Source of the DNA: an uncultured Brachyspira sp.
Lineage (GTDB): Bacteria > Spirochaetota > Brachyspiria > Brachyspirales > Brachyspiraceae
Assembly: GCF_934747485.1 (NCBI RefSeq)
Contig: NZ_CAKVGN010000005.1
Location: 1,636 to 65,635 of the forward strand
DNA: 64,000 nt
Direction of reading: 5' to 3'
A program made the translations under genes and the position numbers. This document shows, in pieces, positions 27,899 through 39,193 of this stretch. Under the pieces are notes generated by a model that was not told where the DNA came from, did no database searches, and was given only the letters and a program-made list of their open reading frames with translations. Each line of letters opens with the position of its first letter. Within the stretch, counting starts at the first letter, position 1.

Positions 27899-28816
27899 AT
27901 GGTAAATAATCTTTTAGAAGTTTTATATATAATTTCTGGAATCATAATATTAGTATGCGGTATATATGCATATAAAAACAAAGAAAATAAAAAAAGAATA
28001 GGAAGTGCATTATTTTGGATAATATTGGGGTTTATATTTATTTTTGGTAAAGTTATTCCTTCGTTTGTTGTGGGGATTCTTTTGATAGTGTTAGCATTAT
28101 TAACTGCTACAAAAAATGTGTCATTACAATCTTTACAACCTGTGTCTGATGCATACAGAGAGGAAAAAGAAAAGCTATTTAAAAACTTACTTTTTATACC
28201 AGCTATATCAATAGGCTTAATAGCATTTTTGGTTGCACAATTTACAAAATTAGGCGGATTAATAGGCTTAGGTATAGGAGCAATGACATCATTAATTTTA
28301 TGTATTATAATTACAAAAGAAAAAGCTTCAACTGTTCCTTATGAATCATCAAGAATGCTTCAGCAGATGGGGCCAAGCGTTATACTTCCGCAGTTATTAG
28401 CTTCATTAGGAGGATTATTTGCAGAGGCTGGAGTTGGTGAGATAGTAGCAAATATAATGAAAGGCGTTATACCTGCAGATAATAAACTTTTTGGGGTTAT
28501 TGGTTATTGCGTATCTATGGCTGTATTTACTATAGTGATGGGAAATGCCTTTGCTGCTTTCGCTGTAATAACTGCTGGAATAGGAATACCTTTTGTTATT
28601 GGTTTGGGAGGAGATCCGAATATTGTTTCTGCTTTAGGTTTAACTGCAGGTTTTTGCGGCACATTAATGACACCTATGGCTGCCAATTTTAATATGATAC
28701 CTGCTTCTATATTGGAAATGGAAAATAAGAACGGCGTTATATTAGAACAAATACCAGTAGCTTTAATACTTCTTGTAATAAACACAACTATAATGTATTT
28801 ATTTGCTTTTAGATAA
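27899..28816 (+). CDS. DUF979 membrane protein (5-oxoproline transporter subunit)
   Basis: LPQLLASLG, MGNAFAAF, GTLMTPMAANFN. Confidence 0.88.
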   Translation: MVNNLLEVLYIISGIIILVCGIYAYKNKENKKRIGSALFWIILGFIFIFGKVIPSFVVGILLIVLALLTATKNVSLQSLQPVSDAYREEKEKLFKNLLFIPAISIGLIAFLVAQFTKLGGLIGLGIGAMTSLILCIIITKEKASTVPYESSRMLQQMGPSVILPQLLASLGGLFAEAGVGEIVANIMKGVIPADNKLFGVIGYCVSMAVFTIVMGNAFAAFAVITAGIGIPFVIGLGGDPNIVSALGLTAGFCGTLMTPMAANFNMIPASILEMENKNGVILEQIPVALILLVINTTIMYLFAFR

Positions 28817-28879
28817 AAAATTATTATTAAAGAAATTATTAAAATTGTTAAAACTATTTTTATAAAAGGAGCTAATAAA

Positions 28880-29488
28880 ATGAAAGTATTAATAACAGGA
28901 TTTGACCCATTTGATAAAGAAAAAGTTAATCCTTCATGGGAGGCAGTTAATAGCTTGCCGAACAACATAGAAGGCAATGAAATAATAAAATTACAGCTTC
29001 CAACAGTATTTAAAAAATCTGCAGAAAAACTTTTTGAAAATATAAAAAATCTTAAACCTGATGTAGTTATATGCGTAGGTCAAGCAGGCGGAAGATATGA
29101 GATATCATTAGAAAGAGTAGCTATAAATATAGATGATGCAAGAATAAAAGACAATGAAGGAAATCAGCCTATAGATGAATCAATATTCAGTGACGGTGAA
29201 AATGCTTATTTTTCTACACTTCCTATAAAAGCTATTAGAGATGAATTAAAAAATATCCCTATACCAGCAGCAGTATCAAACACAGCGGGGACTTTTGTAT
29301 GCAATCATATAATGTATTCTTTGTTATATTATATAAATAAAAATAATTTAAATATCAAAGGCGGATTTATACATGTTCCTTATATAATAGAGCAAATACT
29401 TGATAAGCCTAATACAGCCTATATGCCAAAAGAAATGATAGTAAAAGCTCTTGAAACAGTTATAAAAACTACAGTAAATAATAATTAA
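28880..29488 (+). CDS. pcp: Pyroglutamyl-peptidase I
   Basis: TGFDPF..NPS, GQAGGR, ERVAIN, AGTFVCN, GFIHVP. Confidence 0.97.
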   Translation: MKVLITGFDPFDKEKVNPSWEAVNSLPNNIEGNEIIKLQLPTVFKKSAEKLFENIKNLKPDVVICVGQAGGRYEISLERVAINIDDARIKDNEGNQPIDESIFSDGENAYFSTLPIKAIRDELKNIPIPAAVSNTAGTFVCNHIMYSLLYYINKNNLNIKGGFIHVPYIIEQILDKPNTAYMPKEMIVKALETVIKTTVNNN

Positions 29489-29668
29489 TAAAAAATTGTA
29501 ATATGACTTGCTGGAAAATATATTAATAATTATTTTTATTTATTTTTGCAGGCAAGTCATTCTTAAAAATTAATATTTTCAAATCTATTTTTATAAAAAT
29601 AAATTTATATTGATTTTGTATAAAATAATAATATAATAAACAAAAATCTGTTTTTCTAAAGAATTTAT

Positions 29669-30367
29669 ATGAAAAAAATTATCAAAAATGAACTTCAAAA
29701 TTGGAAAGCTATAGAAGTGATATGGATTATAATAGCATGCAGTATAATATTATCGCTTTCTATATATTGGAAGGAAAATATTATTGGAATAGTATCATCA
29801 ATAAGCGGTATATTATGTGTTATACTTACGGGAAAAGGAAAATTATCTTCGTATGTGTTTGGAATGATTAATACTATTCTTTATTCTATTATAGCTTTTA
29901 GTGCAAAATACTATGGTGAGTTTATGCTCAATGTATTCTACTATATACCTATGAACATAGTTGGTTTTGTGCTATGGAGCAGAAATATGAATAATGAAAA
30001 TCAAGAGGTAATAAAAACAAAATTAAATAATAAATATAAAATTATAATATTTGGTTTTTCTTTTATATCAATATTTATTTATGGGTTTATACTAAAAAAA
30101 TTAGGAGGTTCTCTTCCTTTTGTTGATAGTGCAAGTACAGTGTTTGCCGTAACTGCACAAATACTATGCGTAAAAAGATGTACTGAACAATGGATAATGT
30201 GGATATTAGTAAACATTTTAAATATTTCTATATGGTATATTAATTTTGCAAGCGGGGGGGACAATATAGCTACTTTGCTTATGTGGAGTGTTTATTTAGT
30301 TAATGCGGTGTTTATGTTTGTTAAGTGGTATAGAGAGTCAAATAATAAAAATCAGCAGATAAACTAA
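29669..30367 (+). CDS. pnuC: Nicotinamide riboside transporter
   Basis: Hydrophobic; EQWIMW..VN motif; adjacent to nadR. Confidence 0.88.
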   Translation: MKKIIKNELQNWKAIEVIWIIIACSIILSLSIYWKENIIGIVSSISGILCVILTGKGKLSSYVFGMINTILYSIIAFSAKYYGEFMLNVFYYIPMNIVGFVLWSRNMNNENQEVIKTKLNNKYKIIIFGFSFISIFIYGFILKKLGGSLPFVDSASTVFAVTAQILCVKRCTEQWIMWILVNILNISIWYINFASGGDNIATLLMWSVYLVNAVFMFVKWYRESNNKNQQIN

Positions 30368-30386
30368 AAAATAATTCGGAGGCTTT

Positions 30387-31400
30387 ATGTATAATATAGG
30401 AATGTACGGCGGTTCTTTTAATCCTCTTCATCTTGGGCATGTAAGATGCATAATAGAAGCTGCTAATCAATGTAAAAAGCTTTATATTGTTTTAGCTGTT
30501 GGAAATAATAGAAATGAAATTGACAAAAAAGTAAGATACCGTTGGCTTTATCAATTAACAAAGCATATTGGAAATGTAAAGATTATATTTATAGAAGATA
30601 ATGCAAACACAAAAGAAGAATATACTGAAGATTTATGGGAAGAGGATTCTGTAAAGATAAAAAATGCTATAGGCAAAAAAATTGACGCAGTATTTTGCGG
30701 AGATGATTATAAAAATAAAGATTCTTTTTATACAAGATATTATAAAGATTCAGAGTTAATATTTATAGAAAGAGATGAAATAAGCTCTTCAAAGATTAGA
30801 GAGAATGTTTATAAGTATTGGGATTATTTGCCTAATATAGTAAAGCCATATTATACAAAAAAGGTTTTGCTTTTAGGAAGCGAAAGCACAGGAAAGTCAA
30901 CTCTCACAATTAATTTAGCAAATTATTATAATACCAATTATATAGAAGAGGCAGGAAGAGAGTTATCAGAAAAGTCTGGAACTGATTTGCTTATGCTTTC
31001 AGAAGATTTTACAGAGATACTTCTTACTCATAAATTAAATGAAATAAAAGCAATAGAGCATAGCAATAAAATATTATTTGTAGATACTGATGCAATAATT
31101 ACAAACTTTTATATGCATTTTTTGGAAGATGAAAATATTATTGATAATGAAAGACTTGCAAAGGCAATTATACATATAAACAAATATGATGCTATATTAT
31201 TTTTAGAGCCTGATGTTGATTTTGTTCAAGACGGTGACAGAAGCGAAGTTATAAAAAATGACAGAATAAAATATAGTAATAAAATAAAAGATATACTTAA
31301 CAATATGAATATAAAATATTATTCTATAAGCGGAGATTATCAAAAAAGATTTAAAGAAGCTGTTTCTATTGTAGATAGTGTTCTTCAAAAACACTTTTAA
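30387..31400 (+). CDS. nadR: NadR-type NMN adenylyltransferase/ribosylnicotinamide kinase (no HTH)
   Basis: GGSFNPLHLGH, ISSSKIR, GSESTGKST, QDGDR. Confidence 0.9.
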   Translation: MYNIGMYGGSFNPLHLGHVRCIIEAANQCKKLYIVLAVGNNRNEIDKKVRYRWLYQLTKHIGNVKIIFIEDNANTKEEYTEDLWEEDSVKIKNAIGKKIDAVFCGDDYKNKDSFYTRYYKDSELIFIERDEISSSKIRENVYKYWDYLPNIVKPYYTKKVLLLGSESTGKSTLTINLANYYNTNYIEEAGRELSEKSGTDLLMLSEDFTEILLTHKLNEIKAIEHSNKILFVDTDAIITNFYMHFLEDENIIDNERLAKAIIHINKYDAILFLEPDVDFVQDGDRSEVIKNDRIKYSNKIKDILNNMNIKYYSISGDYQKRFKEAVSIVDSVLQKHF

Positions 31401-31490
31401 TATAATAAAAATATCTTTATAAAACTAATGATATAATATATAATCTATTAATATAAAAACTCAATTTTAAATAACAATGAGGTATATTCA

Positions 31491-34400
31491 ATGAACTATC
31501 GTATCTTTATAGAGAAAAAAGAAGGCTTTGATTTAGAGGCTAAGAGATTAGAAAGTCAATTAAAAGAGAATTTTCAAATTAAAAGCAGTGTAAGACTTCT
31601 TAACGTTTATGACATTTTTAATATAGATGAAAGTAAATTAGCTAATTCTATTAATGTAATATTTTCAGAGCCTCCTACAGATAGGATAGTTGAACAAAAA
31701 GACTTTGAGAGTTTAAAACATTTTGCAGTTGAATATTTGCCCGGACAATTTGACCAGAGGGCTGATTCTGCATTGCAGTGTTTGAAGCTTATTTATAATG
31801 ATATAGAAGAAGTAACTATAGTAAGCGGGAAGGTGATAGTTTTTGACGGAAATATAGGTAATATAGATGATACTGTAATAGAGAAAATAAAAAAGTTCTA
31901 TATTAACCCTGTAGAAAGCAGAGAAAAAGATTTAAGCAAATTAGAAATAGAGTCACATCAAAAAGCTGATGATATTAAAGACGTAGAAAACTTTATTAAT
32001 TTAAATATAGATGAACTTCATAAATATAGAGATAATCTTGATTTGGCAATGACCTATAAAGATATAGAGTTTGTGCAGAATTATTTCAAAAATGAAGAGA
32101 AAAGAAACCCAACAGAAACAGAAATAAAAGTTCTTGATACATATTGGTCTGACCATTGCAGGCATACTACATTTATGACAAAGATTAATGATGTGAAATT
32201 AGAAAATGATAAGAGCAATTTTTCAGAAGTGATACTTAATGTCATTAACAGATATTACAGCATGAGAAAGGAGCTTTACGGTGAAGATGTTGACAGTAAA
32301 AGAGATATTAATTTAATGGACATGGCAACAGTATCAGCAAAATACATAAAAAAGAAAGGAAAGCTTGAAGATTTAGAGATTTCTGATGAGATAAATGCAT
32401 GCTCTATTTACATAGATGTTGATGCTGTTGATGAGAATGGAAAAAACAAAATAGAAAAATATTTATTGATGTTTAAAAACGAAACTCATAATCACCCTAC
32501 AGAGATTGAACCTTTTGGGGGTGCTTCTACATGTTTGGGCGGAGCTATAAGAGACCCGCTTTCTGGAAGAAGCTATGTATATCAGGCAATAAGGGTTACA
32601 GGAAGTGCTAATCCGTTAGAGAAATTGGAAGACACTTTAGCAGGAAAACTTCCTCAAAAGAAAATTACTACAACTGCAGCAGCAGGATATTCTTCTTATG
32701 GTAACCAAATAGGGCTTACAACTTGTTTAGTTAATGAGATATATGATGAAGGATATAAAGCAAAGAGGCTTGAAGTAGGTGCTGTTGTGGGAGCTGTTCC
32801 TGTGGATTATGTACGCAGAGAAAAGCCAAAAGCAGGAGATATAGTTATTGTGCTTGGCGGAAGAACAGGAAGAGACGGATGCGGAGGAGCTACTGGTTCA
32901 TCAAAAAGCCACACTGATACATCATTAAGACTTTGCGGTGCCGAAGTACAGAAAGGTAATGCACCAGAAGAGAGAAAGATTCAAAGACTTTTCAGAAATA
33001 AAGAGGTTACAAAATTAATAAAGAAATGTAATGATTTCGGTGCGGGCGGTGTTTCTGTTGCTATTGGTGAATTATCAGATGGAATTGACATTAACCTTGA
33101 TGTGTTGCCTGTTAAATATTTAGGATTAAATGGCACTGAACTTGCAATATCAGAATCACAAGAGAGAATGGCTGTTGTTGTTGAAAGTAAGGATGCAGAT
33201 AATTTTATAAAACTTGCAAACAAAGAAAATATTGAAGCTACAAAAGTTGCTGTTATAACAAACACTAACAGACTTGTAATGTATTTGAAAGGCAAAAAGA
33301 TTGTAGATATAAGCCGTAAATTTTTAGACACTAACGGAGCTAAACAAGAGACTAATGCTATACTTAAAGACATTAACTTTGACAATAATCCATTTAACAC
33401 AAAAAATGCATGCTCTTTAACATCGCATTGGTTTAATATGGCAGAAGATTTAAATATTGCTTCTCAAAAGGGTCTTATAGAAATGTTTGACTCATCAATA
33501 GGAGCAACAACTGTACTTATGCCTTTCGGCGGAAAGTATCAAATGACTCCAAGCGATGTAAGCATTCAAAAAATACCAATATTTGATAACAATGCAAAAC
33601 AAATAAATACGGCTTCAGCTATATCTTGGGGTTATAATCCTTCTATAATGAAATGGTCAGAGTTTCATGGAGGAATATACTCTGTAATAGAATCAATGTC
33701 AAAACTTGTTTCTATTGGTGCTGATTACAAAAAGATAAGATTATCATTCCAAGAGTATTTTGAGAAATTAGGAAGCGATGCTAAAAAATGGGGTAAAGTT
33801 TATTCTGCATTGCTCGGCACAATATATGCTCAGACTGAATTTGATATACCTGCTATAGGCGGAAAAGACTCTATGAGCGGTACTTTTAATAATATATCAG
33901 TGCCTTCAACTTTGATATCATTTGCAGTATCAACTGTTGACAGCAGAGATGTTATATCTCCAGAGTTCAAATCTGCTAATAATTATGTGTATTTAATAAA
34001 GCATAATATGCTTGATAACTATATGCCTAATGTTGCCGAAATAAAAGAGAATTTTGACTTCATACATAAAAATATAAAAGACAAAAAAATATTATCAGCT
34101 TACACTATCAAATTCGGAGGCATTGCTGAAGCTCTAACAAAAATGTCTTTCGGTAATAGAATAGGCGTTGATATAAAAGATGAGCTTTATTTCTTTAATT
34201 TAATGCCTGCTTCATTTATAGTAGAAACTAAAGAAGAGTTAAATTATAAAAATGCTATACTCATAGGCAAAACTATTAATGAATACAAAATAAAAGTATG
34301 CGGTGAAATAGTGGATTTAGAAGAGGCAGAAAAATTATGGCTTGATAAATTATCATCAGTATTCCCTTATAAAACTTATGAAGATATAGAAACTTACAAG

Positions 34401-35246
34401 TTAGCCGAATACAAAAGAGAAGCACCATTTATATGCAAAAATAAAACTGCTAATCCTAATGTTTTAATAGCGGCATTCTTAGGAACTAACTGCGAATATG
34501 ACACTCAAAAAGCTTTCTCTGATGCTGGAGCAAACACTGATATTTTTGTATTTAGAAATATAAAGCTGGAATATATAAAAGAATCAATCGAAGAGATGTC
34601 TAAAAAAATAGATAATTCACAGATATTTATGATACCCGGAGGTTTCAGTGCGGCAGATGAGCCTGACGGTTCTGGAAAGTTTATTTCTGCAATACTTACA
34701 AATGAAAAAATAAAAACTTCTATACATAAACTGTTAGAACGTGATGGGCTTGTTTTGGGTATATGTAACGGTTTTCAGGCATTAATAAAATCAGGGCTTC
34801 TTCCTTATGGAAAAATAGGAAACATTACAGAGAAATCTCCTACTCTTACATTCAATAAAATAGGCAGGCATATTTCTCAAATGGTAACAACAAAGGTAGT
34901 GTCAAACAATTCTCCTTGGCTATATAACATACCTTTAGGAAGCGAGTTAGTTGTTCCTGTTTCTCATGGCGAAGGAAGATTCTTTGCAGATGACGATATA
35001 ATAAAAGAGTTAATAAAAAAAGGTCAGGTTGCTACTCAGTATGTAAACTTTGAATCAAAGCCTACTAATGAGTTTAGATTTAATCCTAATGGTTCTGCTT
35101 ATGCTATTGAGGGCATACTTTCAGAAGATGGAAAAGTTTTTGGTAAGATGGGGCATAGTGAAAGATACGGAAACAATCTATACAAAAATATCATCACAAA
35201 AGATATTTACAACATATTTGAAAATGGTGTGAATTATTTTAAGTAA
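31491..35246 (+). CDS. purL: Phosphoribosylformylglycinamidine synthase (large fused form)
   Basis: WSDHCRH, ETHNHPT, DFGAGG, GICNGFQ, MGHSER. Confidence 0.97.
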   Translation: MNYRIFIEKKEGFDLEAKRLESQLKENFQIKSSVRLLNVYDIFNIDESKLANSINVIFSEPPTDRIVEQKDFESLKHFAVEYLPGQFDQRADSALQCLKLIYNDIEEVTIVSGKVIVFDGNIGNIDDTVIEKIKKFYINPVESREKDLSKLEIESHQKADDIKDVENFINLNIDELHKYRDNLDLAMTYKDIEFVQNYFKNEEKRNPTETEIKVLDTYWSDHCRHTTFMTKINDVKLENDKSNFSEVILNVINRYYSMRKELYGEDVDSKRDINLMDMATVSAKYIKKKGKLEDLEISDEINACSIYIDVDAVDENGKNKIEKYLLMFKNETHNHPTEIEPFGGASTCLGGAIRDPLSGRSYVYQAIRVTGSANPLEKLEDTLAGKLPQKKITTTAAAGYSSYGNQIGLTTCLVNEIYDEGYKAKRLEVGAVVGAVPVDYVRREKPKAGDIVIVLGGRTGRDGCGGATGSSKSHTDTSLRLCGAEVQKGNAPEERKIQRLFRNKEVTKLIKKCNDFGAGGVSVAIGELSDGIDINLDVLPVKYLGLNGTELAISESQERMAVVVESKDADNFIKLANKENIEATKVAVITNTNRLVMYLKGKKIVDISRKFLDTNGAKQETNAILKDINFDNNPFNTKNACSLTSHWFNMAEDLNIASQKGLIEMFDSSIGATTVLMPFGGKYQMTPSDVSIQKIPIFDNNAKQINTASAISWGYNPSIMKWSEFHGGIYSVIESMSKLVSIGADYKKIRLSFQEYFEKLGSDAKKWGKVYSALLGTIYAQTEFDIPAIGGKDSMSGTFNNISVPSTLISFAVSTVDSRDVISPEFKSANNYVYLIKHNMLDNYMPNVAEIKENFDFIHKNIKDKKILSAYTIKFGGIAEALTKMSFGNRIGVDIKDELYFFNLMPASFIVETKEELNYKNAILIGKTINEYKIKVCGEIVDLEEAEKLWLDKLSSVFPYKTYEDIETYKLAEYKREAPFICKNKTANPNVLIAAFLGTNCEYDTQKAFSDAGANTDIFVFRNIKLEYIKESIEEMSKKIDNSQIFMIPGGFSAADEPDGSGKFISAILTNEKIKTSIHKLLERDGLVLGICNGFQALIKSGLLPYGKIGNITEKSPTLTFNKIGRHISQMVTTKVVSNNSPWLYNIPLGSELVVPVSHGEGRFFADDDIIKELIKKGQVATQYVNFESKPTNEFRFNPNGSAYAIEGILSEDGKVFGKMGHSERYGNNLYKNIITKDIYNIFENGVNYFK

Positions 35247-35350
35247 AAAATATCTTTCAAATAAAGAAAATAGAATGAAAAGTTTTTGAACAATATTTTT
35301 GAATCATAAAGATAAAATTATTTTTACAAATTTATATTTTAGGATATATA

Positions 35351-36154
35351 ATGAATATTTCAAAAGAAAAAATAAAATTAATAGCTTGCGATTTAGACGG
35401 CACTTTGCTTAATGATAAAAAAGAAATAGGAAATTACACTAAAGAAATACTAAATAAACTTATTAATGATTATAAAATAGAACTTATATTATCAAGCGGA
35501 AGAGGGTTTGACGGAGTAAAAAAGTATAATGATGTTTTAGGAAATAATAATTATTCTATTATTATGAACGGCTCTAATATTGTAGATAATAATGGTAAAA
35601 TTCTATACAGAAAAAGTCTTGAAGAGGATATTTCAAAAATTGTTATTAAATTAGCTGAAAAATATGATGTATGTGTGCATTTTTTTAATGATTTACAATA
35701 TACAGTATCAAGAGATGATTTTTATATTAAGTCATATATACAAATTGAAAAGACAAGAGAAATTACTGTTGGTATAGAAAATATTAAATATTATAAATTT
35801 GATAAAATAATTATTTTTGGAGAGAGAGAAACTTTAAATAAATTAAAAATAGATATAGATTCCAATTTAGATGTTAATTGTTGTTTTTCAGGTGATACTC
35901 TTTTAGAGGTAATGTGTAAAGGTGTAAGTAAGGGTAATGCTTTAAAATGGATTTGCGATAATAAAGGAATAAGTTTTGATAATATTGTAGCTTTCGGAGA
36001 TAATTTTAATGATATAGAGATGATTGAATATGCGGGTGTTGGTGTTGCTATGTATAATGCCGAAGATGAATTAAAACAAAAAGCGGATTATATTGCTCTT
36101 TCAAACAATGAAGAAGGAGTGGGTAAGTTTTTGAAAGATATTTTTGAATTATAA
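35351..36154 (+). CDS. Cof-type HAD hydrolase
   Basis: DLDGTLL, SGR, GDNFNDIEM. Confidence 0.95.
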   Translation: MNISKEKIKLIACDLDGTLLNDKKEIGNYTKEILNKLINDYKIELILSSGRGFDGVKKYNDVLGNNNYSIIMNGSNIVDNNGKILYRKSLEEDISKIVIKLAEKYDVCVHFFNDLQYTVSRDDFYIKSYIQIEKTREITVGIENIKYYKFDKIIIFGERETLNKLKIDIDSNLDVNCCFSGDTLLEVMCKGVSKGNALKWICDNKGISFDNIVAFGDNFNDIEMIEYAGVGVAMYNAEDELKQKADYIALSNNEEGVGKFLKDIFEL

Positions 36155-36496
36155 ACATTGAGGGTTAGTAATTTCAAATCTTTCGTCAATATTTTTCTCT
36201 CCCCATTCACACATAGCTTCTAATATTTTTGATAGTGATTTGCCTTTTTTGGTTATAATATATTCTACTTTTGGAGGAACTTCTGCATACACTTTTCTGT
36301 TTATAAGCCCATCTTCTTCTAATTCTCTAAGCTGATTAGTTAAAGTTCTTTGAGATATAGGTTTCATATATCTAAGCATTTCATTAAATCTTTTTGTTTT
36401 ATTTTCTATAAGATAATTTAGTATAAGAGGTTTGTATTTACCTCCTATCATATAAAGTGTAACTCCTATTTCTGATGCTACTTTTATTTTTTTCAT
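36149..36496 (-). CDS. HxlR-family winged-helix regulator
   Basis: GGKYK, LRELEEDGLI.RKVYAEVPPKVEY; divergent from an SDR gene. Confidence 0.93.
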   Translation of the reverse strand: MKKIKVASEIGVTLYMIGGKYKPLILNYLIENKTKRFNEMLRYMKPISQRTLTNQLRELEEDGLINRKVYAEVPPKVEYIITKKGKSLSKILEAMCEWGEKNIDERFEITNPQCL

Positions 36497-36621
36497 ATAA
36501 TTATCCTAATTAATTGATAGTGAAATAAATGTTACTTAATAACAATTATTTCCGTTCTTGTTTAACAAATTTATTAATATATTATAAGGCATAATGATTT
36601 TTTATAAAGGAGTTTTTCGTT

Positions 36622-37341
36622 ATGAAAAAATTAGTAGTTATTACTGGTGCTAGTTCTGGAATAGGAATGGAAACAGCAAAAAAATTCTCAGCAAATGGAC
36701 ATCCTACGCTTTTAATATCAAGACGTAAAGAAATAATGGAAAGTTTAAATTTAAAAGATTCAATAAGTGTAAAAGCAGATGTTACAAATTTAGAAGAAGT
36801 AAGAGCAGGAATAAAAATGGCTGAAGATAAATATGGAAAAACTGATTTGCTTGTAAACTGTGCCGGAGTAATGCTTCTTGGAAATATTGATAAACAAAGC
36901 TATGAAGAATGGAAAAATATGATAGATGTTAATATAAACGGAATATTAACAACTACAAATATAATACTTCCAGATATGATAAAAAGAAATGAAGGCACTA
37001 TTATAAATATAAGTTCAATAGCAGGAAGAAAAACATTTAAAAATCATGGAGTATATTGCGGAAGCAAATTTGCTGTGCATGCTATAACTGAAAGTATTAG
37101 AGAAGAAGTGGCTGATAAAAATGTAAGGGTTATAGTGTTAGCACCCGGAGTTGTGGAAACTCATCTTTTAGAACATACAACAGATGAAAATATAAAAGCT
37201 GATTATATTGAATGGAAAAAAAGTATAGGAAATGGTTTAAATGCTTCTGATATAGTTAATTGTATAGAATTCGCTTATAATATGCCTCAAGATATATGCG
37301 TAAGAGAATTAGTTATAGCAAAAACAAAACAAATAGACTGA
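36622..37341 (+). CDS. SDR family oxidoreductase
   Basis: TGASSGIG, YCGSK. Confidence 0.95.
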   Translation: MKKLVVITGASSGIGMETAKKFSANGHPTLLISRRKEIMESLNLKDSISVKADVTNLEEVRAGIKMAEDKYGKTDLLVNCAGVMLLGNIDKQSYEEWKNMIDVNINGILTTTNIILPDMIKRNEGTIINISSIAGRKTFKNHGVYCGSKFAVHAITESIREEVADKNVRVIVLAPGVVETHLLEHTTDENIKADYIEWKKSIGNGLNASDIVNCIEFAYNMPQDICVRELVIAKTKQID

Positions 37342-37349
37342 TAAAAATT

Positions 37350-37383
37350 AAGCCATAGTATATTTTTTAAACTATGGCTTTTT
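37350..37383 (+). terminator. Intrinsic terminator
   Basis: AAGCCATAGT..ACTATGGCTT plus T-run. Confidence 0.8.
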
Positions 37384-37576
37384 AATTTACAAATAAAATT
37401 TTTTTATTAATATAAACTTATCTAAAAAAACTTATATATATAAAAACTAAATATTTTGTGCCGTAAAACAAAACTTTAATAATATTTAAAAACTGCATAA
37501 TAATATTTGACAAAAATAAATTTCTCTATTACTATTAGTTAATTGCTGTTTTCACTATAGCAAAAAGGAATCGTTT

Positions 37577-38398
37577 ATGATAGACCATAAAATCAATTTA
37601 TTAGAAAAAAAAATAAACTCAGAATTAAATAGGTTAAATAAAAAGTCAGAAGAGATAGAGATATTAAAATCAAGTATTATAAACAATCTAAATAAAAATC
37701 TAAAAGAATTAAAAAATAAAAAATTAAAAAAATTAAGAGAAGAGAAAAAATTAATATATGATAATTTATTAGAATTAAAAAAAGAGTTTTCAGAAATAAA
37801 AAAAGAGTACAAAAAAGCTAATAAAAAAACATCAGATAAAAAAGAAAATATCATAACTTATAAAACAATCACATCACAAAGAGTTCTTACTCTTATGGCA
37901 GAATATAATAGAAAAGCAAATAGAATGCTTATAAATATTTTTAGAGATATACAAAAAATTAATGAATCAGATTTATACAAAGAAACAAGAAGCTATTTTA
38001 AATCATTAATAAATACTTTCACTCATATTATAAAAACAGATATATATTTCTTTTCTATTTTAAGAAAGTATTCAAGCAAAAAAATAATAGCAAATGAAGA
38101 GATATTAACATACCTTAATGATAATTTTTTATTCAATAAACCAATAGATGCCAATTTAGACACTTTATTTGACACAAGAAAAAAATTAGATGATATAATA
38201 ATAGATATAATAAATAGTATAGATGATTATAATGTAATAATAAAAATAGATTTCGCTGACGACACAGTAAAAAAGCCAATCTATCATATAATAATGCATG
38301 AATTAAATCATAATACTCATCATAGAGGAGAAATATCTGCTATGCTTGATATGATGGGGTATGTAAATGATTATTCTAATTTAATTACTATAATTTAA
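37577..38398 (+). CDS. DinB-family protein with Lys-rich N-terminal coiled coil
   Basis: YN..AN, F.S...T..H and HELNHNTHHRGEI motifs. Confidence 0.85.
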   Translation: MIDHKINLLEKKINSELNRLNKKSEEIEILKSSIINNLNKNLKELKNKKLKKLREEKKLIYDNLLELKKEFSEIKKEYKKANKKTSDKKENIITYKTITSQRVLTLMAEYNRKANRMLINIFRDIQKINESDLYKETRSYFKSLINTFTHIIKTDIYFFSILRKYSSKKIIANEEILTYLNDNFLFNKPIDANLDTLFDTRKKLDDIIIDIINSIDDYNVIIKIDFADDTVKKPIYHIIMHELNHNTHHRGEISAMLDMMGYVNDYSNLITII

Positions 38399-38422
38399 TT
38401 TTATTAGCGGTTGTATAAGATT

Positions 38423-39193
38423 ATGTTTTTAGAAGATTGTGAGATAGTAGAAAACAAAAAAATAGCAGAGGATAAATATATTCTCAAAGTAAAATCAAAA
38501 GAGGCTTTCAAGCATATTAAGGCTGGTCAATTTTTTATGCTAAAAAGCAGCACATATTTAAGAAGACCTATAAGTGTTCATTATGTTTCTAATGATATGG
38601 TAGAGTTTTATTATCAGGTAAAAGGCGAAGGCACAAAATATTTATCTAACTTAAAAGAAAAAGTTAATATACAAGGACCTTTGGGTAATGGTTTTGATAC
38701 CAATATTAATAATAAAAAAGTACTTATAGCGGCAGGCGGAATGGGTATTGCTCCTATAAAGCTATTAATAGAAAAATTAGTAAACAATAATAATAACATC
38801 ACTCTTGTAATGGGGGCAGCAAATAAAGACGCCCTCAATATAATGGAGAGATTTAATACTGATAATATTAGCTTACATATAGTTACAGATGACGGTTCTG
38901 TTGGTGATAAATGTAATGCTGTAGAGAAGACAAACGAAATAATAAAAAAAGAAAAGTTTGATATAATATACACTTGCGGCCCTACGATTATGATGAATGG
39001 AATAATAAAAATAGCATTAGCAAACAACATATTATGCTATGCTTCTCTTGAGAGGAGAATGGCTTGCGGAGTTAATGCTTGTTTGGGATGCAATGTTGAA
39101 GTTAGTTATGACAATAAAACTGTAGTATTAAAAAAGGCCTGCTCTGACGGACCTATATTTGACGCTAAATATTTATGGATTAAAAATGAATAA
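38423..39193 (+). CDS. pyrK: Dihydroorotate dehydrogenase electron transfer subunit
   Basis: RRPIS, GPLGNGF, GGMGIAP, CGP, MACGVNACLGC..C.DGP; start uncertain (38411 or 38423). Confidence 0.93.
   Translation: MFLEDCEIVENKKIAEDKYILKVKSKEAFKHIKAGQFFMLKSSTYLRRPISVHYVSNDMVEFYYQVKGEGTKYLSNLKEKVNIQGPLGNGFDTNINNKKVLIAAGGMGIAPIKLLIEKLVNNNNNITLVMGAANKDALNIMERFNTDNISLHIVTDDGSVGDKCNAVEKTNEIIKKEKFDIIYTCGPTIMMNGIIKIALANNILCYASLERRMACGVNACLGCNVEVSYDNKTVVLKKACSDGPIFDAKYLWIKNE

Noticed and set aside
29490..29668. NAD riboswitch upstream of pnuC
   Set aside because: No recognisable consensus by eye; only a simple hairpin. Needs a covariance-model search.
36529..36570. Operator for the HxlR regulator (TGTTA-CTTAA-TAACA)
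   Set aside because: Short AT-rich palindrome expected by chance at this base composition; not enough support.
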